Positions 49,186-60,720 of a DNA stretch of 64,000 nt are shown one piece after another. Position numbers and translations under genes: made by a program. Numbering within the stretch: position 1 is the first letter of the stretch; each line of letters opens with the position of its first letter. The stretch comes from Macrostomum lignano (lineage: Eukaryota): the NCBI GenBank assembly GCA_002269645.1, contig NIVC01003245.1, forward strand, positions 45,261-109,260. The letters run 5' to 3'. Under the pieces are notes generated by a model, which was given only the letters and a program-made list of their open reading frames with translations, was not told the origin of the DNA and made no database searches.

Positions 49186-52100
49186 ATGGCTAGGTCGCCA
49201 AGCAGACACTGTGAGTACTATATTCCTATTATTATTATTATTAACCCATATTTAATAAGTTGTCTCCTAGTTCTTGTTAGCCCATTGATAAATGCAGACT
49301 GCAGCTTTGACAACTTGCAAGTGAGTGAAATTGTTAGTCGAGTGAAAGTTAGTTGTGTTATTAGCCCTCTGGGCATATTGCTGCTCGTGCCGGCTTGAGC
49401 TGAACAGTGGACTTTGTTGTCTCCCATAATTGGTAGTTGCTCAGTACGGCACTGTAGCCATCTATTCCATTCCGTTTAGCCATCGAGTCCCCTGAGCGGC
49501 TCGACTTCAACGAAGATGATGACGATCTGAACCTGCTGGGCGACCCGGGGACCAGCGGAAAGAAAATCTCCCTCACCCAGGAAGAGGAGGCTGAGCTGCT
49601 TGGCTCTACAGATGACGAAGCAGATACGGAATCGCCTATGATTATTAGCCAAGAGGATCCGAATGCTGTGGGTGAGTTCCTGATGGAGGGGCGGGGCACT
49701 GAGGTTCCTGATGGAGGGGTGGGGCACTGAGGTTCCTGATGGAGGGGTGGGGCACTGAGGTTCCTGATGGAGGGGTGGAGGGGGGCACTGATGTTCCTGA
49801 TGGAGGGGTGGAGGGGGGCACTGATGTTCCTGATGGAGGAGTGGAGGGGCACTGAGGTTCCTGATGGAGGGGTGGAGGGGGGCACTGATGTTCCTGATGG
49901 AGGAGTGGAGGGGCACTGAGGTTCCTGATGGAGGGGTGGGGGGAACTGAGGTTCCTGATGGAGGAGTGGAGGGGAGCACTGAGGTTCCTGATGGAGGGAT
50001 GGAGGGGAGCACTGAGGTTCCTGATGGAGGGGTGGAGGGGGCACTGAGGTTCCTGATGGAGGGGTGGAGGGGGGCACTGAGGTTCCTGATGGAGGGGTGG
50101 AGGGGGCACTGAGGTTCCTGATGGAGGGGTGGAGGGGGGCAATGAGGTTCCTGATGGAGGGATGGAGGGGGCACTGAGGTTCCTGATGGAGGGGTGGAGG
50201 GGGCACTGAGGTTCCTGATGGAGGGATGGAGGGGGCACTGAGGTTCCTGATGGAGGGGTGGAGGGGGGCACTGAGGTTCCTGATGGAGGAGTGGAGGGGA
50301 GCACTGAGGTTCCTGATGGAGAGTAGCTAGCAGAGGGGGTAGCTCTGTCACTAGTGAAGCACTTATTGAGTGTGTCTAACCGGCAATTTTCTCGTCAGCT
50401 GGTCTCAGTTCCAGTCAAAACGCTTAGGCTCATAAAAAATGTCAACAATGCAAATTTCTAGTCCTCACCATTAATGCCGAAGCTGATGAAGGCGTCAGCA
50501 ATCAGCAACAGCAACAGAAGCAGCAGCCTGTCGCAGTCCCCGAGCCGCCATCGGACGCATCTCCGCCAGCTGTCGCTGCCGAGCTGCCCGAAGAAGACTG
50601 CAATAATTCGTCAATCGCTTCGTCGCCATTGTCAACATCGAGCGACATTTCGCCGGCCCCGGCCAGCAGTAATGATGAGGCCGCGAATAGCGCTGCCGGC
50701 GAAGGCTTGGCTACTACTGAGCCTAACTTAACCGCGTCGCCGAAAACTGCCCCTAACAGCGACGCATTATTGTCGACTGAAGCTGCTCCTAGCGACGCTG
50801 TTGGGTCCTCGGCTGACGAGGCAACCGCTGGTCAGCCAGGGTCCGTGCAGCCGCAGCGGCGCGAGCGCAAGCGCCTGTTGCCGCCTAGCAGTAGCGGCGG
50901 CGTCGGGGACGGTCGGTCTCCCCGGCACTCATTTCCGCTAGCTGATCCAAATACGGTGTTTATCGACCTGACTGGCGAGTCTAGCAACGATGATGACGAA
51001 GGCGAAGCTGACAACAGTAGTGGCAGTAAGGCTGAGACTAACAAAACTGTAAGCGATAATAATAATAATAATAGAGGCTCCGCTGAGGTGCAACAAAAGC
51101 AGCAGCAGATTCCGTCAACATCTGGCAGTGTAACACAAGCCAGTGCGGACCTACGCCAGATAATAAATAAGCAGCGGCAGCTTAAGCGTCGCCAAGCAGA
51201 AATTCTTCATGGGCCTCGACGCCATTCGATGACCAGCTCTGCACCTGCTGCCGCTACCGCTGCGCCAGCTGGTCGTGGTGCTGGTGGCGCCGTTTTCAGT
51301 TCCGGCGCCGCCTGTAGATTTCAGTGCCCGCCATGGAAGCAGGTCCAGCAGCAGCAGAAGAATGCTTTTATTGTCCGACCGCATGGAGGCGCCATGCTGC
51401 CACAGCAGCAGCATCGGCCGCCGTGGCGCCAGCCGTATCATCCTCAGCAGCAGCAGCCACCACAGATGCGCCAGCTGCATCCTCAGCATTCTCAGCAGCA
51501 GCAGCCGCCACAGATGCGCCAGCTGCATCCTCAGCATCCTCAGCAGCATCATCAGCACCATCAACAGCAGCAGCCGCTGTCAATCGGGCAAGTTGGCAGC
51601 GCCATTGCCAACCGTCATTATTATAATTATGACTCAGGCGCCGACGCTGACGATGAGCTGCCGTGGGGTCGACCGGCTCCCCAACCGATTGCCGCCACTG
51701 CTATAGAGCCTGTTAACAGCCTGCTGGCTTTTCGACCGCAGCAGCAGCCGCAGCATCGTGTCGCTGATCGTCGCTGGTGCAGCGGAGCCGGCGCCAACTA
51801 CGCGGCCGCCGAGGCGATGCGTCATCATCTGGCCGCTGATGTGCCCGCCGTTGCATCGGCGGCTGCGGTGGCGGCTCCGACATCGTCGAGTTTCGAACGG
51901 ACCGGACAAGGCCCGACGTTGCCGTTCAACATCGGCTATCCAAGCAGCAGCGGCCGAACCAGCGTCCGGATTGAGAACTGCCCGGACGGCATCACTGAGC
52001 AGGACTTGGCCACGCTGACAGACCCGCTTGGACCCGTCTGCGTGAGTTCCGCTGGCTCATCGTTATTTTTTTATTTACGCTTCTATTTTTTTTAATTGAT

Positions 52101-53214
52101 TCATTTTTCACTGTTAGCCTATCCTTACTACTTGCAGGAGTACCGACTAGTGCCCAGCACTTATAAGGCATTTGTTAAATTTTATAACGAACAACAAGCC
52201 GCCGAGTTTGTGAAGCGTTATAACAGGCAAGTTTATTATTGCTTCATAGAATGTGCCGATTTGATTGACTGAGTGCCGATATGTATAGAAAAAATGCATA
52301 TTTTTAGCATAACTACATGATACTTAACTAACTATACGAGTGTCGCTACTTTGTTTGATTAAGCGCCGATATGTATCGAAAAATGTAAAACATTTTAGTA
52401 TTAGGATGCTACTACAGTCGGTGTGCAGCTACCCTGTTTGATTAGGCGCCGATATGTATCGAAAATGTAACATTTCAGTATTGGGGATGCTACTAAAATC
52501 CGAGTGTTGCTAATCTGTTTGATTAGGCGCCGATATGTATCGAAAATGTAACATTTCAGTATTGGGGATGCTACTAAAATCCGAGTGTTGCTAATCTGTT
52601 TGATTAGGCGCCGATATGTATCGAAAATGTAACATTTCAGTATTGGGGATGCTACTAAAATCCGAGTGTTGCTAATCTGTTTGATTAGGCGCCGATATGT
52701 ATCGAAAATGTAACATTTCAGTATTGGGGATGCTACTAAAATCCGAGTGTTGCTAATCTGTTTGATTAGGCGCCGATATGTATCGAAAATGTAACATTTC
52801 AGTATTGGGGATGCTACTAAAATCCGAGTGTTGCTAATCTGTTTGATTAGGCGCCGATATGTATCGAAAATGTAACATTTCAGTATTGGGGATGCTACTA
52901 AAATCCGAGTGTTGCTAATCTGTTTGATTAGGCGCCGATATGTATCGAAAATGTAACATTTCAGTATTGGGGATGCTACTAAAATCCGAGTGTTGCTACT
53001 CTGTTTGATTAGGCGCCGATATGTATCGAACAATTTATCGTTTACCAATTGCAAGTTAACTAGTGTCAAAGCGTTATTCTTCCACTTGACTAAAAGCCGA
53101 TATGTATCGAAAAAGCATTTTCATCACTTTATTATCAAACTAATCTTTGTTTTCGTGCTTGTTTCCAGAAAACCCTACAAAGGCCTCCCGCTCTACATGG
53201 CTCTAACGCAGTGA
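49186..53214 (+). CDS. Low-complexity (acidic, Q/P-rich) protein with C-terminal RRM; exons 49186-49210, 49480-49671, 50462-52041, 52138-52226, 53169-53214 (643 aa)
   Basis: All junctions are phase-compatible (three GT-AG, one AG|GCAAGT GC-AG). The spliced C-terminus SVRIENCPDGITEQDLATLTDPLGPVCEYRLVPSTYKAFVKFYNEQQAAEFVKRYNRKPYKGLPLYMAL has RNP2/RNP1-like spacing. Confidence 0.8.
49676..50322. repeat. 32-33-bp G-rich minisatellite filling intron 2 of the RRM gene
   Basis: Unit GCACTGAGGTTCCTGATGGAGGGGTGGAGGGG. Confidence 0.95.
52366..53030. repeat. 78-bp minisatellite (~8 copies) in intron 4 of the RRM gene
   Basis: Near-identical units containing CCGATATGTATCGAAA. Confidence 0.96.
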
Positions 53215-53857
53215 TTCCATTGGACTGTCGACTGATTTTAAAATCTCATTGACTACTTCTAGTTTATCTTCTAAAAACATTTTCTGTTTAATTTTCATCA
53301 AAAATACACCTTCCAGCGTTTTAATTAGTGCATTAAATCATGCTTTTATCGTTTTCCTTAATAGTAACATTAGTATATAATTCTGCTTATACAATTTAGC
53401 CATAAATTTGGACCAGTCCGACTTTCTTTATAAATTAGCAATTTATTTTACAATAGCAATAAGAGTCATTAAGACTGTTCATGTGCTTTTATTTCAAAAC
53501 TTTATGTAGCCCTAACTTATGCGCTTGTATAAAAATATACATTTTTCCGATTTAATAAAATTCTATGTTAATATCTTATAGGCTTATAACTATGTATAGT
53601 TGATTACTTTATTCACGAAAGATTGACTTGTAGAAAGATTGCCTTTACAGCTGCGCGCCGCTGCCTTAACAACTGTATGAAAGCTGCTGCTGAGGTTGCA
53701 AATAAATCTCTCTCTCTCCTGACTTCTTAACCCTTACCTGGTTACTAAGTTGGTGTCTTGTTTCTGCTGACGTTTGCCAGTTTGTTCAATTAGTTAATTA
53801 ATTTAATTTTTATTACTTTTTAATAGCACTATGTAGGCTTCAATTTTCCAGGTTTAA

Positions 53858-54637
53858 AGATACATATCGGTAGCTAGTCTAGATAGGGATCTGCTTTTTC
53901 TGTGTTCTTTTAATGCCTTGATACTTTCGATACATATCGGTAGCTAGTCTAGATGGGGATCTGCTTTTTCTGTGTTCTTTTAATGCCTTGATACTTTCGA
54001 TACATATCGGTAGCTAGTCTAGATGGGATCTGCTTTTTCTGTGTTCTTTTAATGCCTTGATACTTTCGATACATATCGGTAGCTAGTCTAGATGGGATCT
54101 GCTTTTTCTGTGTTCTTTTAATGCCTTGATACTTTCGATACATATCGGTAGCTAGTCTAGATGGGGATCTGCTTTTTCTGTGTTCTTTTAATGCCTTGAT
54201 ACTTTCGATACATATCGGTAGCTAGTCTAGATGGGGATCTGCTTTTTCTGTGTTCTTATACTGCCTTGATATTTTCGAAACATATCGGTAGCTAGTCTAG
54301 ATGGGATCTGCTTTTTCTGTGTTCTTTTAATGCCTTGATACTTTCGATACATATCGGTAGCTAGTCTAGATGGGATCTGCTTTTTCTGTGTTCTTTTAAT
54401 GCCTTGATACTTTCGATACATATCGGTAGCTAGTCTAGATGGGGATCTGCTTTTTCTGTGTTCTTATACTGCCTTGATATTTTCGAAACATATCGGTAGC
54501 TAGTCTAGATGGGATCTGCTTTTTCTGTGTTCTTTTAATGCCTTGATACTTTCGATACATATCGGTAGCTAGTCTAGATGGGGATCTGCTTTTTCTGTGT
54601 TCTTATACTGCCTTGATATTTTCGAAACATATCGGTA
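53858..54637. repeat. ~69-bp minisatellite (~11 copies) between the RRM gene and NARS
   Basis: Units contain TTTCGATACATATCGG (reverse complement of the 52-kb array core) plus TAGCTAGTCTAGA. Confidence 0.95.
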
Positions 54638-54801
54638 TAGTTAAAGAAAGGAACAGTTACCAGGCTATTATATTTAGTTTATAATACTTTCGATTCATAT
54701 CAGGAGATAATATAGGAATTGACAGTTGCTGGTACAGGTCGTTAATCACTGTTAGACCCGTATTTCGAGACATATCGTTATTTAGTCTTGATCAAAGCAA
54801 G

Positions 54802-57800
54802 ATGCGCCGAAACTACCGCAGGCTACCGAAGTATCGGCGACCCGCTTCTACGCCTCCGAGGCGAAAGGCAGCGACGAGTGCGGCGATGGGACAGAGTCCC
54901 GGCCCTTCAAGACGGTGCTGCATGCGCTGCGCCGTGGCGGCTCGAGCGCCGTCGTCATGGTTGAAGGCCCCGACGGTGGTTCGCAATGGCAGGAGGCGGC
55001 CAAGTCGCAGGTAAAGAAGTGCCGCAAACTGCTAGAACGGGAGCAGCGGCAGTCTGAGCAGCGGGAAAAGCGCGAGGCCGCCGACAAGGCCCTGCGAGAT
55101 GAGAATCTGCGCGCCGCCGAAAAAATCTGCATTAGCGAGGATCCTTCCCTGCCCAGGGCTCAGGCTGTCAAGGTAATCCCATTTGTACCTTCATTTTTCT
55201 CAATTGCCTCCCCATTCTGTGATCCCCTTCCAGCTTTCTCCCCATTCTGCGATCCCTTCCAGCTGTCTCCCCATTCTGTGATCCCCTTCCAGCTTTCTCT
55301 CCATTCTGTGATCCCCTTCCAGTTGTCTCCCCATTCTGTGATCCCTTTTAGATGTCTCCCGAAGGTGAAATCCCATTCCAGCTGTCTCCCCATTCTGTGA
55401 TCCCCTTTTAGATGTCTCCCGAATGTGAAATCCCATTCCAGCTGTCTCCCCATTCTGTGATCCCCTTTTAGATGTCTCCCGAAGGTGAAATCCCATTCCA
55501 GCTGTCTCCCCATTCTGTGATCCCTTTTAGATGTCTCCCGAAGGTGAAATCCCATTCCAGCTGTCTCCCCATTCTGTGATCCCTTTTAGATGTCTCCCGA
55601 AGGTGAAATCCCATTCCAGCTGTCTCCCCATTCTGTGATCCCTTTTAGATGTCTCCCGAAGGTGAAATCCCATTCCAGCTGTCTCCCCATTCTCTGATCC
55701 CCTTTTAGATGTCTCCCGAAGGTGAAATCCCATTCCAGCTGTCTCGCCATTCTGCGATCCCCTTCCAGCTTTGTCCCCATTCCGTGATAATCTTTTTGAC
55801 TTCTCCTCATTCGTAGCCCTTCAAACCCCACTATATTCCTCATTTAATTTATTAATGTAGTGAGTGCACCGGTCCGCTCAATCCAGGTGCGCCAGGCGCC
55901 CAAGCTTGTTGGCCAACGAGTGCAGGTATCGGGCTGGGTGCACCGGCTGCGCCGCCAGGGCAAGGCGCTGATGTTTGTGGTGCTCCGAGACGGCACCGGC
56001 TTCCTGCAGTGCCTGCTGGCCGACCGCCTGTGTCAAACCTACGACGCCATCCTGTTGAGCCAGGAGGCCTCCATCCGAGTCTACGGCACTCTGGCTCGCG
56101 TGCCCGAAGGTCACAGCGCGCCTGGCGGCGTAGAACTAACAGCCGACTACTGGGAGCAGATCGGCCCGGCTCCCCCCGGCGGCGTCGAGTCCGTGCTCAA
56201 CGTCGAGAGCGACGTCGACGTGCTGCTAGACAATCGGCATCTGGTTCTGCGGGGCGAACATACTTCGAAAATTGTCAAATTGTCCTGTCACGTGATGCGC
56301 GCGTTCCGGTCTCACCTGTTCGATCGGGGCTACGTTGAAGTGACCCCGCCAACCATGGTGCAGACTCAGGTAGAGGGCGGCTCGACCCTGTTCAGCTTTG
56401 ACTATTACGGAGAGCCGGCCTATCTGACCCAGTCTAGCCAGCTCTATTTGGAGACTTGCCTGCCGGTTGTGGGCGACTGCTTCTGCGTAGCTCGCAGCTA
56501 CCGGGCCGAGAAGAGCAGGACCAGGCGCCACCTGTCCGAGTGAGTTATTGCTTAAGTGGGGTTGGTTGTCGTCCAGGATTAGAATATGGATGGGGGTGCT
56601 GCATGACCAGATTCTGAGTAGGTTGGGTGTATGACCAGTTTCTGAGTAGATTGTGTGTATGACCAGTTTCTGAGTAGGTTGGGTGTATGACCAGTTTCTG
56701 AGTAGGTTGGGTGTGTGACCAGTTTCTGAGTAGATTGTGTGTATGACCAGTTTCTGAGTAGGTTGGGTGTATGACCAGTTTCTGAGTAGATTGTGTGTAT
56801 GACCAGTTTCTGAGTAGGTTGGGTGTATGACCAGTTTCTGAGTAGGTTGGGTGTATGACCAGTTTCTGAGTAGATTGTGTGTATGACCAGTTTCTGAGTA
56901 GGTTGGGTGTATGACCAGATTCTGAGTAGGTTGGGTGTATGACCAGTTTCTGAGTAGGTTGGGTGTGTGACCAGTTTCTGAGTAGGTTAGGTGTATGACC
57001 AGATTCTAAGTAGGTTGGGTGTATGACCAGATTCTGAGTAGGTTTGGTGTATGACCAGATTTTGAGTAGGTTGGGTATAATGACCAGATTCTGAGTACCT
57101 AGTATTTAAAGTGTAACCAGCGAGCATTCACACGAGACTTCATCGCCTTCAGGTACACCCACCTGGAGGCCGAGTGCCCGTTCATCACCTACAATGATCT
57201 GCTTGACCGCGTGGAAGATCTCATTGTGGACGTGTCCGAACGGGTGCTAAAAGAGGCTGGCGATCTGCTGCGCGAGGTGAACCCGAAATTCAACGCCCCG
57301 AAGAAGCCGTTCAGGCGGATGAACTACACGGACGCGCTGGTCTGGCTCAAGGAGAACAATGTGCTTCGGCCTGATGGAAAAAACTACGAGTTTGGCGATG
57401 TGAGATTCTTTCAGTGTTGCATAGCCGTATTAACTACTTTAAGTAAAAAGAATTTCTCGTAGTTTTTTTCAACTTTCGCAACACAAGATAAATATCACAC
57501 GACCCCTGGTTCGATTCCTTGCAGGGCCACATTGATTTGGGGCCACATTGATTTGGAGCTTTGAGCACGAAAATTAGTTGAGGGTTTCAGGGTTCTACTT
57601 TTGGGTGTACATGCCTGATGAGTAGAAAGTCAGGGCCGCTGTACACCTAAATATAGTAGACTATGCATATGTACTCAAGTACTGTTTTATCTACTCGTAC
57701 TATATGTACCCGATATGTATCGAAAACAATATAACAAAGCATAGATTTCAATTACTGGTAAAAATGTTTTAAAGCGCATTCCCCATTTGACGCCAGGACA

Positions 57801-58595
57801 TCCCGGAGGCTCCGGAGCGGCAAATGACGGACACTATCAATGAGCCGATTCTGCTGTGCCGATTCCCGGCCGAGATCAAAGCATTCTACATGCCCCGTTG
57901 CCAGGAGGACAACCGGGTGACCGAATCTGTCGACGTTCTAATTCCCGGGGTTGGCGAAATTGTTGGCGGCTCCATGAGGATTTGGAAGCACGACGAGCTA
58001 ATGAAAGGCTACGCACGCGAGGGTATCGACCCGTCGCCCTACTACTGGTACACGCAACAGGTGAGTAATATTTTACGAATATGTATCGATTTTTTACGAT
58101 CATGATCTTGTTACAAGGTCGCGAGTCGATCCCGATATAAATTTTTTTCTCTTTCTTTGCATTCAATTTTCAACCGTCAAGGATTTTAGCAGTTCCTCTA
58201 AGAAGGTCATTGCATTGCTTTTTAATATTTTTTACTCAAAATTGAAACCAGTCCTAATTGCTTCTCCTCTGTGAGATATCAAAAGAGTCGAGTCATTTTT
58301 TGAGTCTCCAACTTTCATCATCAGCTTTTTGACCAGCGTATTAGGAACTTTTGGTACGCAAAAAAATCTTTTGGACTAGAAAATCGAAATACCTGTTTTG
58401 CCGATATGTATCGAAAAATGCAAAACACACATGTAACTTGTCGCACCGTGTAATTAATTATAGCGCGAATACGGCAGCTGCCCGCACGGCGGCTACGGAC
58501 TTGGCGTTGAGCGCTTCATGACGTGGATGTTCGGCCAGGAGCACATCCGGGATGTCTGCCTGTACCCGCGCATGACCGGCAGGTGCAAGCCTTGA
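54802..58595 (+). CDS. NARS1: Cytoplasmic asparaginyl-tRNA synthetase; exons ~54802-55172, 55887-56539, 57153-57399, 57797-58060, 58464-58595; start needs a 1-nt correction or an upstream/trans-spliced leader
   Basis: N-domain [11 protein letters not shown]...EDPSLP, OB-fold [49 protein letters not shown]|[57 protein letters not shown]. Four in-phase GT-AG introns. Confidence 0.96.
55200..55770. repeat. 59-60-bp minisatellite in NARS intron 1
   Basis: Unit GCTGTCTCCCCATTCTGTGATCCCTTTTAGATGTCTCCCGAAGGTGAAATCCCATTCCA. Confidence 0.94.
56603..57098. repeat. 28-bp minisatellite in NARS intron 2
   Basis: Unit ATGACCAGTTTCTGAGTAGGTTGGGTGT. Confidence 0.95.
57499..57648 (+). mobile_element. tRNA-derived SINE fragment in NARS intron 3
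   Basis: ACGACCCCTGGTTCGATTCC (B-box), then GTGTACATGCCTGA..TAGAAAGTCAGGGCCGCTGTACACC, the reverse complement of the shared core. Confidence 0.75.
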
Positions 58596-58932
58596 TTGAT
58601 TAATTAATTAATGCAAATTATAATTTCTGCGTTTCTGTTTTCAATTTTAAAAAGCAAAGCAACTGACTAAAGATATGAAAATAACTATGACTGACTTGGC
58701 TGTTTTGGATCTGGGATTGTCTTGCTTTAACTGGACCCCTAAAATGCTGCTTCGTTTTTCTTTACGGATTACTTGCACTTTTATTAGTACTTGTCGCTTT
58801 ATTTTCATCTTGCGTGATGTGTTGTTAAATTGCGGATGTCCGCGTCTTGCTTGCGCGACCAACTGCTTTGGGCCGACAGTAAAGTATTGGATTACTAGAT
58901 TAAGGCAGAGCAGAGCTCTAATAACCCCTTAG

Positions 58933-59250
58933 ATTAAGGATTAAGGATTTTAAATCTCCGGATTAGGGATTCTAAATCCCCGGATTAGGGATCTCTAAAT
59001 CCCCGGATTAAGGATTATTAATCCCCGGATTAGGGATTCTAAATCCCCGGATTAGGGATCTCTAAATCCCCGGATTAGGGATTCTAAATCCCCGGATTAG
59101 GGATTCTAAATCCCCGGATTAGGGATCTCTAAATCCCCGGATTAGGGATTCTAAATACCCGGATTAGGGATTCTAAATCCCCGGATTAGGGATTCTAAAT
59201 CCCCGGATTAGGGATTCTAAATATCCGGATTAAGGATTCTAAATCCCAAA
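58933..59250. repeat. 22-23-bp self-complementary minisatellite containing TTAGGG
   Basis: Unit GGATTAGGGATTCTAAATCCCC. Confidence 0.93.
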
Positions 59251-60720
59251 TCCAGGGTTTATAATACCCTGTTCAATTCAACGAGTTTATTCCTCAGAAT
59301 ATGAAATTTCATGACGTCAGACATCTGCAAATGAAAATAAAATATTATTTCCCGTCTATATTCTGTTTATTCACAAGCAAAGCGAGCCTATGATATATAT
59401 TGTACACCTAAGCGTGTTTAACTATGCATGTCTGTGTCGAGGTTGCAAATTGAATTGAATATTTCAATCCTTATTATTGATATATTCGTTTGTTGTCCGA
59501 ATCGCAGAAGTTTGATGATAAATAAAAATATAAAAAGTAAATAAACATATTGGAAAGTTTGATTGCAATCAAAATTTATTTGAAGAATAGTCTGTGTTCT
59601 GTTGAGACAGTTAACAGAATATTGTAACGTACTGTTTTGTATTTTTCAGTTTCCCTGCAAAAATACAGGAAAAACTTTAACATTTCTACTTAGTTGATAT
59701 GAGTAGTCTGATGAGGCTACTCGTAATAATTTTTTTGTCAACAAATATTATTGCAAAAGTGCTGAGCACAATGGTATAAAATGGCAATGACGCCGGCCTC
59801 TGTCTGGGGTAGGCTAAGTAAAGCGGCTACTTCGCAAATTCAACAGAACTGAGGGGATCCATGACTGCGACCTTCGCGCCGAGGTTAAATCGTGACTTTC
59901 CACTCTCTGTCGCTCTGAGCTAGCATTATCCGCTTATGCAACCCTATCCTTTTTGGCAGCAGGGTCTTGGCTGCTCGAAGGTCGAATATTCGTACATAAT
60001 AATTAATTTTTTAGCTTAATAACTAAAAAATTATTACTGTTGTAAACAAGTTGTCATCTCCTTGAATCGAATTGACTTTCAGGCCTGCTGAATCATGCAT
60101 AAATGTGTAGCCGATATGTATCGAAACAATACATAAGTTACCGTTTTTCTTCGCTCTATATATACATGTACACTGACTAAGAGTTTCTTAGTGTCAGATT
60201 TTTTAGAATTTGACATTAATTAACAGTCGGCTTCGTTACAGGAACGCCTGACACTCGATAATAACAGTGTAGGTACCAATAGCTCGAACTGGAAACAAAG
60301 AATGGCAGCGCTTGGTGACACTGCTCTGACAAAACTCTAACACTGCTCTGACAGTGCCCCTGCACTGCTGACTGCTTTGGCAGTGCGTCATGCAGTGTCA
60401 TGTCAGCAGTCACCGGAGTTTCATTTCAGTGTCTGGTTTTCTCAATTTGTACACGTCAAACTTGAGCGTCACGGGCACAATTGTCAGTGTAAAAACGCCC
60501 TGAAGATACTTCGCCGAGTTTTCTACAACTTCGAATAAAAAAATTGTCTTGGAATTTTGTGATTAGCCGGCAATTAATTATGTTCGAGTATATTTAGTCA
60601 ACTACTTCAAGTAGTTCTGATAAAGTATAATTATGTACGACAAATTGTGAGGAAATTAGTTTTTGAAACAACGTAAAGAAGCTTGCTTCATTAGGATCAC
60701 GTTCTCTGAGTCACTCGGCC

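Noticed and set aside
49361-50351. Long Pro/Ser/Thr-rich minus-strand ORFs (281, 291, 219 aa)
   Set aside because: Antisense translations of the intron-2 minisatellite.
52401-53069. 222-aa ORF with 26-aa repeats
   Set aside because: Antisense translation of the 78-bp intronic array, with no domain similarity.
58933-59250. True telomere or telomere-fusion scar
   Set aside because: TTAGGG occurs once per 22-bp unit rather than as (TTAGGG)n.
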